Positions 39,301-52,160 of a stretch of 64,000 bases of DNA are shown one piece after another. How positions within the stretch are numbered: the first letter of the stretch is position 1; each line of letters begins with the position of its first letter. The stretch covers positions 1,519,023 through 1,583,022 of the forward strand of contig NMRA01000002.1 in assembly GCA_002633005.1 (NCBI GenBank), given 5' to 3'. This DNA comes from Phoronis australis (Eukaryota; Animalia; Phoronida). Made by a program: the position numbers and the translations under genes. The notes under the pieces were generated by a model. That model was given only the letters and a program-made list of their open reading frames with translations, was not told the DNA's origin and searched no databases.

Positions 39301-42300
39301 TACATGTATTATCTCATGAAGCTCAATACAAGGACATACAATACATGTATTACATCATGAAGCTCAATACGTGTACATACAATACATGTGTTACCTCATG
39401 AAGCTCAATACAAGGACATACAATACATGTATTACCTCATGAAGCTCAATACGTGCACATACAATACATGTATTACCTCATGAAGCTCAATACAAGGACA
39501 TACAATACATGTATTATGTCATAAAGCTCAATACGTGCACATACAATACATGTATTACCTCATGAAGCTCAATACAAGGACATACAATACATGTATTATA
39601 TCATGAAGCTCAATACCTACACATACAATACATGTATTACCTCATCCGACTCCAGAAGGGGCAGCGCATCCATGAGCAAAGTAAACCAAAACCTAAAAAC
39701 AAAGAACAAATATTATAGTTATTATTATTATTTAGTTTATTTGATAATATACATAATTACAATAATAAATACGAGGTACAAGAAATTTTAAAAAATAATA
39801 ATGTACATTGTCTGGATAACACGAAAAAGTGTAAAACTTATTTCCGTGGTGGTCCACACACAAATTAAATACTAAAGAAAATAAACATTACAAATAAATA
39901 ATGAATTGGGAATAATTATATAGGAGGAATGAAACTATGAGCTATGGGTGAAAATGAGCTGAAAAAGATTGTAGGATGAAGTGACGTGATAGATGACAAA
40001 TTAATAGACAAATAAATATTAAACAAATAGATATCTTGAATGATGTGTGTATAATTTGATGCACGTTTTTATGCGCCCCCATATACAGTGCCTGAGTATC
40101 GTTGTCGTGACACTTGACAGTATAGAGTTTCCATTTCTACACTTTTCCAAGAACACTAACAGCATTAAATTGAAGAATTTTTGGTGTATTTCCGTAATTC
40201 AGAAACAATGCAAAGCAAAAAAGAATCCGCATGACTTTATTTCGAGGTTCCCGTAAAGTTGTTCTAAAGCCCAAACACAGAAACCAGTTCACTGAGACAC
40301 AGGAAACATGTGGGACAAAAATAACGGATAAAATAGGGCACGCTTTCCTGTTTGTCAAAGACTTAACCCATTCCTGTGCACGCTCATATTTTTACTAAGT
40401 GTTGCTAAGCAGTGATGGCTGTACGCATGAAGCAGTCAGCATGCTAACAAGTACCAAAATCTTTCCAGTTTAATTTTTTTGACAAAATGAAATACTACTT
40501 TCTTGCCATAATGTCAGGAATGAGTGCATAAAAAATTGACAAAACTTTTCATAATGATTTAAAATCAGATGGTACTATTTTCAAGGTTTGCTACTACTTT
40601 ACACTGCATTTATGTAGGTTTTCATTTCCGTAAGGATCGATCACAAATTAAATAGAAAATGGGATTTTTTGCTGTTCCTTTCGTATGATTGTTCACTTCA
40701 GCCAATTAGACACACTGTGTTTGAATTGTCCAACGTGCTCACTGTGTTACATACCTGGATTGGAAAAGTGTTCATTTTGCTTTTTTCATAAAAAGAGACA
40801 AGTTTCATATTACTTCTTTGTATAAGTAAAATACCAAATAGACAAGAATGACTTTAAAAAGGTAACATTAGTACGGTCCCGCAGTAAAAAAAAACGAAAT
40901 AAAACAACCAATACTAATCAAGAAAACCATTCACTCCTAGTCCCTTTATGCATACTGTCGGTGATTGTCGACAGGGGATTTCTGTTGAGACTAACTTGAC
41001 CTCCTTTATCTTACACTGTGCCCCAGCCTAACTAAATTTGGCCCCTGGAACTATTCTATATCTGCACAGGCGCCTGGACACACAGACAAAGCAATTATCA
41101 ACAAAACACATGACCTGAAATGCGCTTAGTTCAAAGAGCACCACGGTAATGCAAGGATCAACAAAACGCATGACCTGAAATGCACTTAGTTCAAACAGCA
41201 CAAGAGAAGGCTCAGAAAGGACCAATTGTGCAAAGTTAATTTGTTTCTAAGAAAGACAAACAAGATATCAGAACTACCCATAAGGACTTTACAGTGGATG
41301 ACATGTATTGGAAATGGTGGAGGTGACGCAAGTATCGTACTCTGTGAACAAGGCAGAGATTTATATGCGCTGGTCACGTGAAGACAAACGTTACGAGGTC
41401 CGATTACTTCAAGTCGAGTCAAACAACGAGGAGACACTACTACAAACAGAGGTCATCTCGAGGGGAAATAAGTTAACTGTGGCCATGAACGCACCAGGCC
41501 GTACTTATAAAGTGATCTTCATCCCCTACCCCTACAATGTAAATGCACCAGAGACTCTGGGATTGGGGATCGTTGTGAGGGCAGGTCAGTACAGTAGTAT
41601 GTCTCCATACCAACCTTACAATAGTTTTCAACACTGAATGCTATTTGGCCCAATTTTAGACAGCAGTATGGAAATCAAACATGTACCTTAACATAGCTTT
41701 TTCCCAAAAAAAATTCCTGATGCATGACCTGCTCACCAGCCACATATGATCCTAAATATTAGCCAATCACACACTTTGAAATATGCTCGCTAATTGGATG
41801 AGCGTGACCAGAGTTCCCTGAGGCCAGTCAAACTAGGTTTTGTCCTCAATCTAGGTCATTGATAACTGAGTACTGTCTGACAAACTTAGAGACATAGAGT
41901 GACTCAGGTAATCTAAGTTATTTAAAATTCTCACAAATAACATGGACAAAAGTAATTACCAAATGTATTTTATTTTCAAAGGTTTTTAATGTAGAGAATG
42001 CACATAACTTATCAAAACCTTGTTCAATGCCAAGGTGTGGAATGAAATTTAAAAATGGTAAAGCATTGTGCTTTCTATCTTTTATGAAAAAACAGGAAGA
42101 TAAAAAATAATCTCACCTTTCCTTAATTGGTGAGAGTTTGATAGCGAGAGATTTGCCCAACAGAGCTCTGAGATTTTTTTCACTCCAATAATGACCTCAA
42201 TGAATAACAAGGGATCTTGAATGGACATTGTTAGCTAGAATAAATTATCTCAATTAATTCAACAAATATTCAAATTAAGGTATGCCCTAAAGTCTTTAAG

Positions 42301-45300
42301 AGTGAATACACATATACAGAAAGACAATTTTAAAGGGTCTGAGATGTAATGCAAAATGTTACCATCTTCATACAAGTATTGGACTATTAGTGGTAATTCA
42401 CACACCAACAGTTCAACTGAATGAGATTTTATTGTACAAAAGGCATGACCACTGTAAAGGAGACTAAATTCTTCTTCCAGAATATTCCAAAGCACAGTTG
42501 GATATGCTACTGAATCTTGCACTTCAAGCTGTAATGAAGTGGCCATTACTGGATCCTTGCTACTGGTTATACCGCAACAAACCCAGGGCATACTTCAAAT
42601 CGGTTCGTACAAAACACAAAGGAATAGAACACAAATACATGAAAGATAACAACGGTGACCCCGCCAGCTGCATCAATGGAAGGTTATGTGGACTATTCTT
42701 CAGTGCTTGTGTGAACAGAAACCCATGGTCGCCTGGATATGGCCAGCCATGCGAAGGGTCACCGTTTGGTGACACACGGTTACTCATTCCTGTCGCTTAT
42801 TTTTTAGACAACAACAGCTGTTTGTACTTCGCCGATTTCTACTGCATGACAGGATACAAAGCACATTGGGTGACTCTCGTCCACACTAGGAAGGGATCTG
42901 ATGCGGACAAATTTTGCGCCCAGAAATTAATAGCACTCAACATAGCCGACAATCCATTCCTGTGTGGCCAGCCACAGAGCATGTGTTGGGTGACCTCATC
43001 GGGTATTTGGGTGGAAATGTTACACACTGAGGATATAGACCACAACAGGCTGTGGGACATAGGAGCATCCCTGCAGTGGACAGGGGGTTCTAACAGACGT
43101 CACGGGGGGCGAAAGAAAACTGCCAACTGTCGTGTGTGTAATGTACAACCAGAGCTGCTTGAGGCAGCACAAATGTCCGAAGCAGTAGACATAAAATTGA
43201 ATATATAACCGGTAACTAAATCAGGTTTTATCATCTTGTTTTGTACATGATAAGGTCTCACTAGGTCCAGAGAGACAGAAATTCACAGCTAATGCTTAAG
43301 ACGGTTTGAGGCACAAAAACCAGTCGACAGTTTTCCAACTAGTGCTTCCAGACAATGAGACATGACCACAATTGTTGGTACCATCAAAGGTAAAAGAATA
43401 ATAAAGAAAACAATACCGCACGTATTTTAAAGTTAGGCAATGGTCCAATAGGCGAAATAATGCTAGCCCATACCCAAATAGAAAGACATGGCTTGAAATA
43501 TACTACTGACCTAATGGGTGCATCATCTTGAATGTAATTTCTGACAAGTTGTAAGAAAAAAAACAGCAAAATAAGAATATTTTTCGTTTCTTCCTGAATT
43601 TTCCATCAATTAAGCTCCACAAAATTTGTCCCATTTTTTCCAAACAAGCATTTTACATTGTTCCGAGCTCGTGGAATAACTTCAGTACAATTACGATGGA
43701 CCCCAAGAAATGAAACACAAAAATTTTGGAAATTGAAAATGGGTCCAGAAGACCCTCGTGTTTGTAATTGTTGAGCACACGTTGCCCATCAAAGAACTTA
43801 GTAGTGGGAGCACTGCTGTTGGGGAGCGCAGTGGTGGGCATACTAGGGCTGATCTGAACCTTTTGAAGTCTACATTTGAACTCCAAACCCCCCTTTTCCC
43901 TGGTCCACATGGGCTCTAAGCAACTGCTAAAGAAAAAGGCGGCGTCTAATGAAGATGGCCAGCCTCAGCTGGATCTAAACTAAACAAAATCATTGAATCA
44001 GTATCATTCATTCTCACCTATGTAGAGACATACCGTAAACATTCGGTTTCACACCCATATTCACGTAACTCCCAACCCCTTTTTTAAAAAAATTTTGGAT
44101 TAAGCGCCCGTTGTTTGGCTAAATGCTCATCCTGTAACATTAGAGAATTTTTAATTTTTTAATTAAGTGCTGGCTGTTCAGGCCAGAGTACACCCGTTAT
44201 TTGTTTCCAGGAATGGATTTTCAAATGCAGAAACAAGATGAGATTTGAGTAAACTGTCACGTTTAAATGGAGTACCCAGTTATACACTGAGCCTCGCGGA
44301 CTCTCTCTCTCTGTATCCTTCCGTCCCTCCATCTCTCTCTCTCCTGCTGCATCATGGGTATGCCATGGATGTGGGCATCGACGCGAATGCCAAGTGTGTC
44401 TTTAAAATGTGTAAAACATCGAGGTGAATGATATGCCCTCCATCCTAATCTTGAATTTGGGACAGGCAATATTACTTGATTCAAAATTTTGTACAAGCTT
44501 CAACCATATGCAAAATATTTTTCTTTCACTGTGCCCTAAACTAGAGAATTGTTACCATACTTGCTTTCAAAGACTTCATTGAAAGAACAGTAGTTAAGAT
44601 TTTTCAGTTGATTTATTTTAGAATTTAATTTAGTGTCTCTTTCACTGAAAGTTATGTAGGACTTCATCGACAAGTCTTTCTATTCAGTCAAATACCTATA
44701 AAACTACAACTTATAACTCACTAAATGTACACGTGAAAGTAGAAAGACCGTCGAATTTCACCGTTGACCAATCTAGGTCACGTGACCATATCTTTTTGGT
44801 AATCAAAAATAAATGTACTATGTTCACCAACTTAAAAAAATGCCCGCCCGCTTCAATTTCAACCATGTTTTTGTGATTTTTAAAAGCTGCATAAAGGCAA
44901 GGTTTGAGACATCTTGATTAGGTACGCGACGAGTAAAAACAAAATCCCACATCATTTTGCTCGTTTTCTTTTTTGAAATAATGAAAAAACTGTTTATAGA
45001 TTAAGTGTTTTTGAGATTTCATCTGCAATTTTCACATGAAACAAAAAATGGTCATGTCATTAATAACCTCGTTTTAAATGTACCTTATTTTGTGTTGCTG
45101 TAGGTCTCAAAATGAGTTTGGATAAGTGTAACAATCGCCATAGTGCTAGTCAGTTAACATCACAATCACACACACACACACCTAGAGTACCATAAAGTGC
45201 CCTCTAACTACCTTTCAGAATGTCTCGAACAAATACTGGAACAGATTGCTCATGGTGACATGGAAAGTGTAACGTATCGTGTCACGCATATGTCTAAGTG

Positions 45301-48300
45301 AACTGCTTCACCAATGGCAATTAAGAAGCATTTTTACAGTGAACAGCAAAGCAGCTAACCCTCCCTGGTGGGGCAAATATTTAAAAACTGTAGTCAAAAG
45401 CCTAAAATCCACACTTTGAATGACTTAAGACAACATTCTTCCCCTAGAAAGTCGACAGTACACAAAGAATACAAGAAAAAACTTTTAAACTGAGATAAAA
45501 GAATAATTGAAACTGTTAGAAAACATTTTAAAGAGTAGAAATAATTCCAAGCAATTTTGGGCTGCTTTTCTATCATTCATAAATCAGTTGGAAAACAATA
45601 TTTGTAAGCATAGATGAAGTACCATTCACCTGTTACTGTCAGGTGTCTATCACCCATTCACTCCATGTCCAGTACAGACACGTTCACATTTGCACCTTTA
45701 GAGCTCAGCATCGATATCCCGCTCCACAATTGACTGTTTTCTTTTCACGTGATTTCTTTGTTTTCAATTCTGATCAGATCTCATCGATTCTATCTCAGCC
45801 CATGATATCCATTTTTTTCACACAAAGTTTTATCGCACCCATTCCCAACTCTAATTTTACTCTCATCTACTATTCTGTGACCCTTTGTAGGTCTTTGCCA
45901 ATTTCGTCCATTTCTCGCATATTTTGAACGTACTCCCTTGTGTTAACCATAGTCTGACACGTTTGATCTTCCATCTTTACAGCCTATGTCACACTTTTTG
46001 CAATTTCCCAGTACATTTTGTATTTTTCCATCGTTACTCTGCCTCATTCGCAGTCATAATGAATGACCTTTTATCACCTACATGTGTTTTGTTTTCCTAA
46101 CTGGGAACATAGTAACGTGCACCTACCTAGGCTAACTACTTGTCTATCATAAAATAATCAGTTGAACACATAATGTAAATCTACAATTAACTGTGTTCAG
46201 TGGATACTCTTAAACAAGCATGTACCTGTACAGTTCATAATTCTAAGAAAAGCTATAAATAGAACACAGGAATTTCCCCAAAATCCCATGACAAAATTGA
46301 TACGCTATGCTGATCTGAGAAAAGCCAAAAATATAGCTGATGAATTTTCCCCAAAAATCCCTTAGAGCAATTTATGTGAAACGTCATGATTAAATTGGGC
46401 AGACAGAGTTCAAGAATGGAGGTAACAAGATGTGAATATTCTGCCTACAAAGCACGCATAGACGTGACATGTCAACAACAGAAGCAATATATATTAAGAC
46501 TATATGAAAAGACATCAGATAAATGGTCACTGAAGCATTATTCCACACCTGAAGGCCCTGGAGCATTTGACGTTAACACATCACCTGGTTGTCAATACAA
46601 ATTGACTATTAGAGAAATCCGAGGCGATTCCGTCTTAATAAAACGGATAAGAGTGACTTGGAGGGCAGGTGAGTGAAGACCTTTCAAATTTCAAGCCATT
46701 CAGGAATTTAACCTTTCCCATGTTCATCACCAAGTCTACCCCATGGCACTGTCACCAAGTCTACCCCGTGGCACTGTCACCAAGTCTACCCCATGGCACT
46801 GTCACCAAGTCTACCCCATGCCACTGTCACCAAGTCTACCCCATGGCACTGTCACCAAGTCTACCCCATGCCACTGTCACCAAGTAGCTAAAAACAATGT
46901 TTTGTGCTTACCGTACTTCACCCAGTAAATGGTGTCACATCCTAATCAATCGATTACTTCAGAAGATTTTCAAATTATGTTGATCCCTGGCTAAGCTATC
47001 AAAGTCACGTTACTGCGTAGCATGTACATTTCAAATGTAGAGGGACACTTTTGGAGACAGTCGGAGTCTTCAATTCCTTCAAGTTCAATCAAATACTCTT
47101 GTAATAAACATGTTCAGTACAGTCAATGTGCTCAAGGTCAAATAGAAACATACCGGCAGTTATGGGGGGGTTACTCATCTGCCAGCCATGCTGAGAGTAG
47201 GCAGCACAGACCGGGGACCTATCCAACCACCTGGCAGAGCATTTCGACTTTTTCTTGAAATGGGATTAGCCTAAGTAGTAGTGGTGTCAGGTAGTGAAAC
47301 CAACCATGAATGTTTTTTTTGCTCAATACTATGCGATTACCCTTAAATTGAGATACAGCACCAACAATATTTTCCCAATTAAAAATTTGGTTTCCTCCCG
47401 GCGACTTTGTAAATGATATCAAGGTCACCAAAATCAAATGGGACCTGGAGTTTCCCATTGGTACAAAATATTAAGAAAATCTAAAGAAATAAGTTTCCAA
47501 AAGCGGGTAACAAAAAATGAATGATGCGTGATGGCTATACTCGAATTGGGATAGGCATGCATTTTCATGTTTCCCAAACACCGTCTAACATTATGTGTTT
47601 TCGATGAAAAAATCATTTGACAGGCCTTTTCCTAAGGATATCTCGAACCTTATTCACAGAAATTGGACATTTTTACAATATTTCACATGTGTCCAGCAAA
47701 ATACCTTATCTTGATTCTCTTGGAACTTCAAACACAAAATATATACCATGTAGTGAAAAAAGATGTAGCAGAACTACCTTGAAACTGCACAACAGCATGG
47801 ATATTTGTTTACAACTTATCCAAGGTCAAAGGTTACACGGCTGTCACTCAAATCGAACCTCCCACCAGGTACAGAGCAGCTTCGTATGTACCCTCAGTCC
47901 TTTCATTCACCGAATCGCTAAAATATTGAGTCAATGAGGAGTACTCATGATAGAATGGTGCCGGGGAAAACAAAGACAAAGACAAAACATAGTTTTATCC
48001 AGAGGGAGTTGTGCGTCTACATGCATACGACCGTTGAGAACGAATGCTGTGAGTCGCCTGACGCCTCTGAGGTCACAAACACAGCAAGTTGTGAAAAGAC
48101 ATTTAATCCTCATCCAAATTTCTTAATTTAATAAGTAAACTGACATTTCGTTGTTTTGATCTCATGCAAACAACATGCTTTAACCACCGACTCGATTTTT
48201 GATATCCATTTCTTACTTGGTTTCGTATCAGTCTCCCGACACGGTCGTATGCATGCAGACGCACAACTCCCTCACTTTTATCTTCGTTTCCATGGTAGCC

Positions 48301-51300
48301 TTCTTTGAGAATTACACCTCATTAACGCAATATTTTGTCTACTTGGTGAATGAAAGGACTAAGGGTACATACAGCAAAGCTCTGTGCCTGTCACTGAGAG
48401 ATCCAATTTGAGCGACAGCCTTGTAACCTATGACCTCGGATAAGTAGTAAACAAATTTCCACGCTGTTGAAGGAGGCTGTACTTAATCTTTTTTTCTTGT
48501 TACAAGGTATATATTTCGCACTTGAAGTTCCCTGAGAACGAATATAAGGTATTTTGCTACACACACGACATATTACAAAAACGGCCAATTTTTGTGAATA
48601 AGATTTGAGATATTGTCAGTGGAAACAGGCCTTTAATTTCTTTTTTTAGGGTAATGCCATCAACAATTCCCACATCAAAACTTAAGGTGGCCACTTACCC
48701 GTATTTTTTGCAAGAAGTGAACATTTGATTTAGACCCTCACTGCTATAAATTGGTCTCGGCCTCTTCCTTACTCCAACGAGAAGTAATTTCTGGGTTTGC
48801 AAAGGACACTTCATAATTCCTTGAGAGCATGTTCAGTACACAAAATGACGTGTCGAGACCAGCCAACTTGAAGAGCATGGTTTCAGTCAATACTGAACTG
48901 TTTCTGCAGTGCGTGAACTTGGAATCCTGCTTAAAGGCGAAGGCAACCTTTTTCCATGTCATTTAGAGCTAAAATAAGGCTGGTTGGTTATCCTAGACAT
49001 ATTTTCCACTTAATTACAGCTTTTCGTAATTTTATTAATTACTCGTCCGCTACTCCGGAAGTGACGTTTTAGGAGGCAGGCATTTCGCGCCAATTTCTTT
49101 TCATATAGTCTGACTGTGAGAGCTGCCGAGTCAGTCATTGTTCTACCTCGGTTGTGTTAAGTTCCGTAGTCGTTTGCTTTCATTTACTAGTCAGTCAACA
49201 TGCCACACTGTTGCTGCGTACAAGGATGTACTAATTATCGGCTCACGCGCGCTTTGGGAGTACCTTTGCATCGCTTTTCGATGGATGACACACTTTGCCG
49301 TACTTGGCTTGTTCATGTGAAGAACGCAGCGTTACCCGTCCACGCAACGTACAAAGCAGTGGAGAATTACTGTGTGTGTGGCGAGCACTTTCTGCCGTCC
49401 GATTACGAAAGGGATTTGTACGCTGAACTGATAAAGGTCCCTGCGAAACAACGTCTGAAGAAGGATGCCATTCCGTCTGTGTTGATTCCCGGCAGTGCCC
49501 CGTGCGTTTTTGAAGCGAGAAGCCTCGCGAGCTGTCGCCAGTACAGTGACTGGAGCCAGTGGAGGCACTTCATCTACTGTCACCCGTGTCTCCGAACGTA
49601 CCCCAGAGCGTGCAATTCCTGGAACCAGTAGTGATTCGCCCTGTGCTGTTTTCTCCAGCCTAGAGCCTCTAAGCAGCCCTGCAGCGATATTGAGTAGTGG
49701 GAGTGATTACAGGCTCAGTTCGACACCTAGTGAAGAGGACAGTTCGTCGTCCAGTGAACAGATCGGTGAGCCAAACTTTGATAAGTTTATTGTGGACTTG
49801 TATTTAGAAGGTGCCAGGTGTGTGGCGAGGGAGTCATACGACAGGATGTAAGCAGTTTGGGTGCTCAGGTCACCATCCAGTGGGAGTGTGTTGCGGGACA
49901 CTCTGGCAAGTGGGACAGTTGTTCCTCTGTCCGTGGTATGCGGAGGTCCACTTAACCATGTCCAGTAGTGGCTTGGCCTCGTCAAACTCTGAACAGCACA
50001 AGCATTCCATTGAGGTAGGCATAACAATGCACACAGTGCATTTGCACCAAGATGTGTCACCACGTCTGTCCTCAGTAGCCGCCTCGTTTCTTTCAACAGC
50101 TGCCTGTGCCTGTGCGTACTCTGCCTCGTTATACTCGGGTTCAAACATGTACCCACCCACTGAATGTCCGTGAAAAAATTCCTCGTCACCACTGCTGTGA
50201 ACAAGGTCTCCGTCACTCACACTACTGTCACTGTGATACGGGTCACCGACTCCAGCCATTTTCAGCTTACAACACACTAAACAATCCCTAAATCCAACGT
50301 AGTTGAGTTCTCTACTAACCTATCTTGCCGCAGAATACTCGCCGATGGAAAGTGGTGGCGACAATTGTTGAAAAACAGCACAAAACAAAAGTAGAATAGA
50401 ACAGATTCGCACGGTAAAGTCAACGCAAAACCAAGTGGCGGGAAACGCTTGCCTCCTAAAACGTCACTTCCGGAGTAGCGGACGAGTAATTTATAAAATT
50501 ACGAAAAGCTGTAATTAAGTGGAAAATATGTCTAGGATAACCAACCAACCTTATTTTAGCTCAAAATGACATGGAAAAATGTTGCCTTCGCCTTTAATCT
50601 CAATATCGCGTATGTGTGAACTTGGAATTGAATCCTCATTAATTTTGTGAATTTTTTTTCAGCGTAAAGAACTTTTGTAATTATTGGCCTCATTATCACC
50701 CATTTTCTCCTTTAGCGTAACTTGAGTCAAAGAATCAGAACATGTTTGTTAAATCAATTATTCTTTGGTGGATAAGATCGTCCACGATTGAAAAAGGATT
50801 GGTTAAAATTTATGTTATTTATCAACATGTTATTCGATTTAGTGCAATGCAAATTTTTATCACGGTGAACGTGATTGTTTGAGTGAAGTTGTCATGTATT
50901 CCAAGTTCACACATATGCGATCTTGAGATTAAGCAAGATTCCAAGTTCACGCACAGCACTTCAACATCAGTACTACACTCAGGTCACACTGGTCAACCTC
51001 CACACTCCATGGTAGGCACTTCATAATATGACATAGTACTTCCACTGCTCTACATACCTTTACAATATTCCAACCATATTTACTATTTGTTTCAGAATAT
51101 TCCAAAGCGCAAATGGAGCTATTACTAAACCAAGCTGAGACGGCCATAGGGAGCACACCGCCTATGCTGCCATGCAAGTGGCTGTATCGCAACAAACCCG
51201 CTAAATATTTTGATGATGTGCACAAAAAAACCAATGGCACTGAAGCCAAGTATGTCAAGGATATCAACGGTGACCCGGCTAACTGTATCGATGGACAATT

Positions 51301-52115
51301 GCATGGCTTGTTCTTTGGAGGATGTGTCAACAACAATCCAAGGTTTCCAAACTACCTTGAACCTGTACAAGACTCTCCATTTGGTGATACAAGATTACAG
51401 ATCCCAGCGTCGTATTTTCTAAATAATAAGAGCAACTTGTACTTTGCCGATTTCTATTGCATGACAGGAAGGGCACATTGGGTGACTCTCGTCCACACCA
51501 CGAAGGGATCAGACGCAGACGAGTTCTGCACTAGAAAATTAGTTCAGCTTGATATTCATAACAATCCATTCCTTAATTACAACATTTATTGTAGAAATAA
51601 TGGTCATAACAAATCTTACTATAAAATGTGTATGGTTACTTCATCAGGTATCTGGGTGGAGGTATTTCACACAGAAAACATTGACCATAATAAACTGGAA
51701 GACATTGGAGGTATAATATGTCTCATGAACGGATCTAACGGACGTCATGGAGGACGATTTAAAAATCCCAAGTGTAGAATGTGTAATGTACCCCCTGTTG
51801 AGTTAGACCAGGCACAATTATCAGAGATGAAAATGACAGCATGCAAAACATGCTACATTAGAAATGTCAACAGATAACTTCTCCAAATAAAAGTAGTTGT
51901 CTTTTTACCCAATTCAACTTCAAAATTTAATTGATAAAACATTTATTTAATTTAATGAAAATTTAATTTAAAAAATATTAATAATTTTGATGGAAATTTA
52001 ATATATCAATTTATTTTATTTAATATATTGCTGTATATTGGCCTTTGGCTAAAGCATGTTTTTAAAAAATCTATTGTATTTTATAATCTATAAATAAAGT
52101 TTATTATTATTGCTA

Positions 52116-52160
<45 letters not shown>

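Larger units (their letters stand above)
48935..50593. mobile_element. Internally deleted Kolobok DNA transposon (1659 bp)
   Basis: TTAA TSD at 48931-48934 and 50594-50597. AGG...CCT termini. 144-bp TIRs (48935-49078 and 50450-50593) with 4 mismatches by eye. Convergent THAP-transposase and KolX remnants inside. Confidence 0.92.
48904..50959. mobile_element. Host MITE (16652-17056 family) whose left TIR is split by the Kolobok insertion
   Basis: Removing 48935-50597 restores ctgcagtgcgtgaacttggaatcctgcTTAAtctcaatatcgcgtatgtgtgaacttggaat, which is the near reverse complement of 50898-50959. Confidence 0.85.

Noticed and set aside
38450-39645. CRISPR-like appearance of the 41-bp and 62-bp arrays
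   Set aside because: Units are contiguous with no unique spacers, the context is eukaryotic introns, and there are no cas genes.
44211-44424. Third, decayed PHYHIP-like exon (acceptor-like tttgtttccag, WIFKCRNK)
   Set aside because: The similarity is limited to a few residues followed by stops. It could at most be a UTR exon.
49870-50277. P2X7 purinoceptor gene
   Set aside because: Only the Cys-rich ballast-like motif is present, with no channel domain, and it lies between transposon TIRs.
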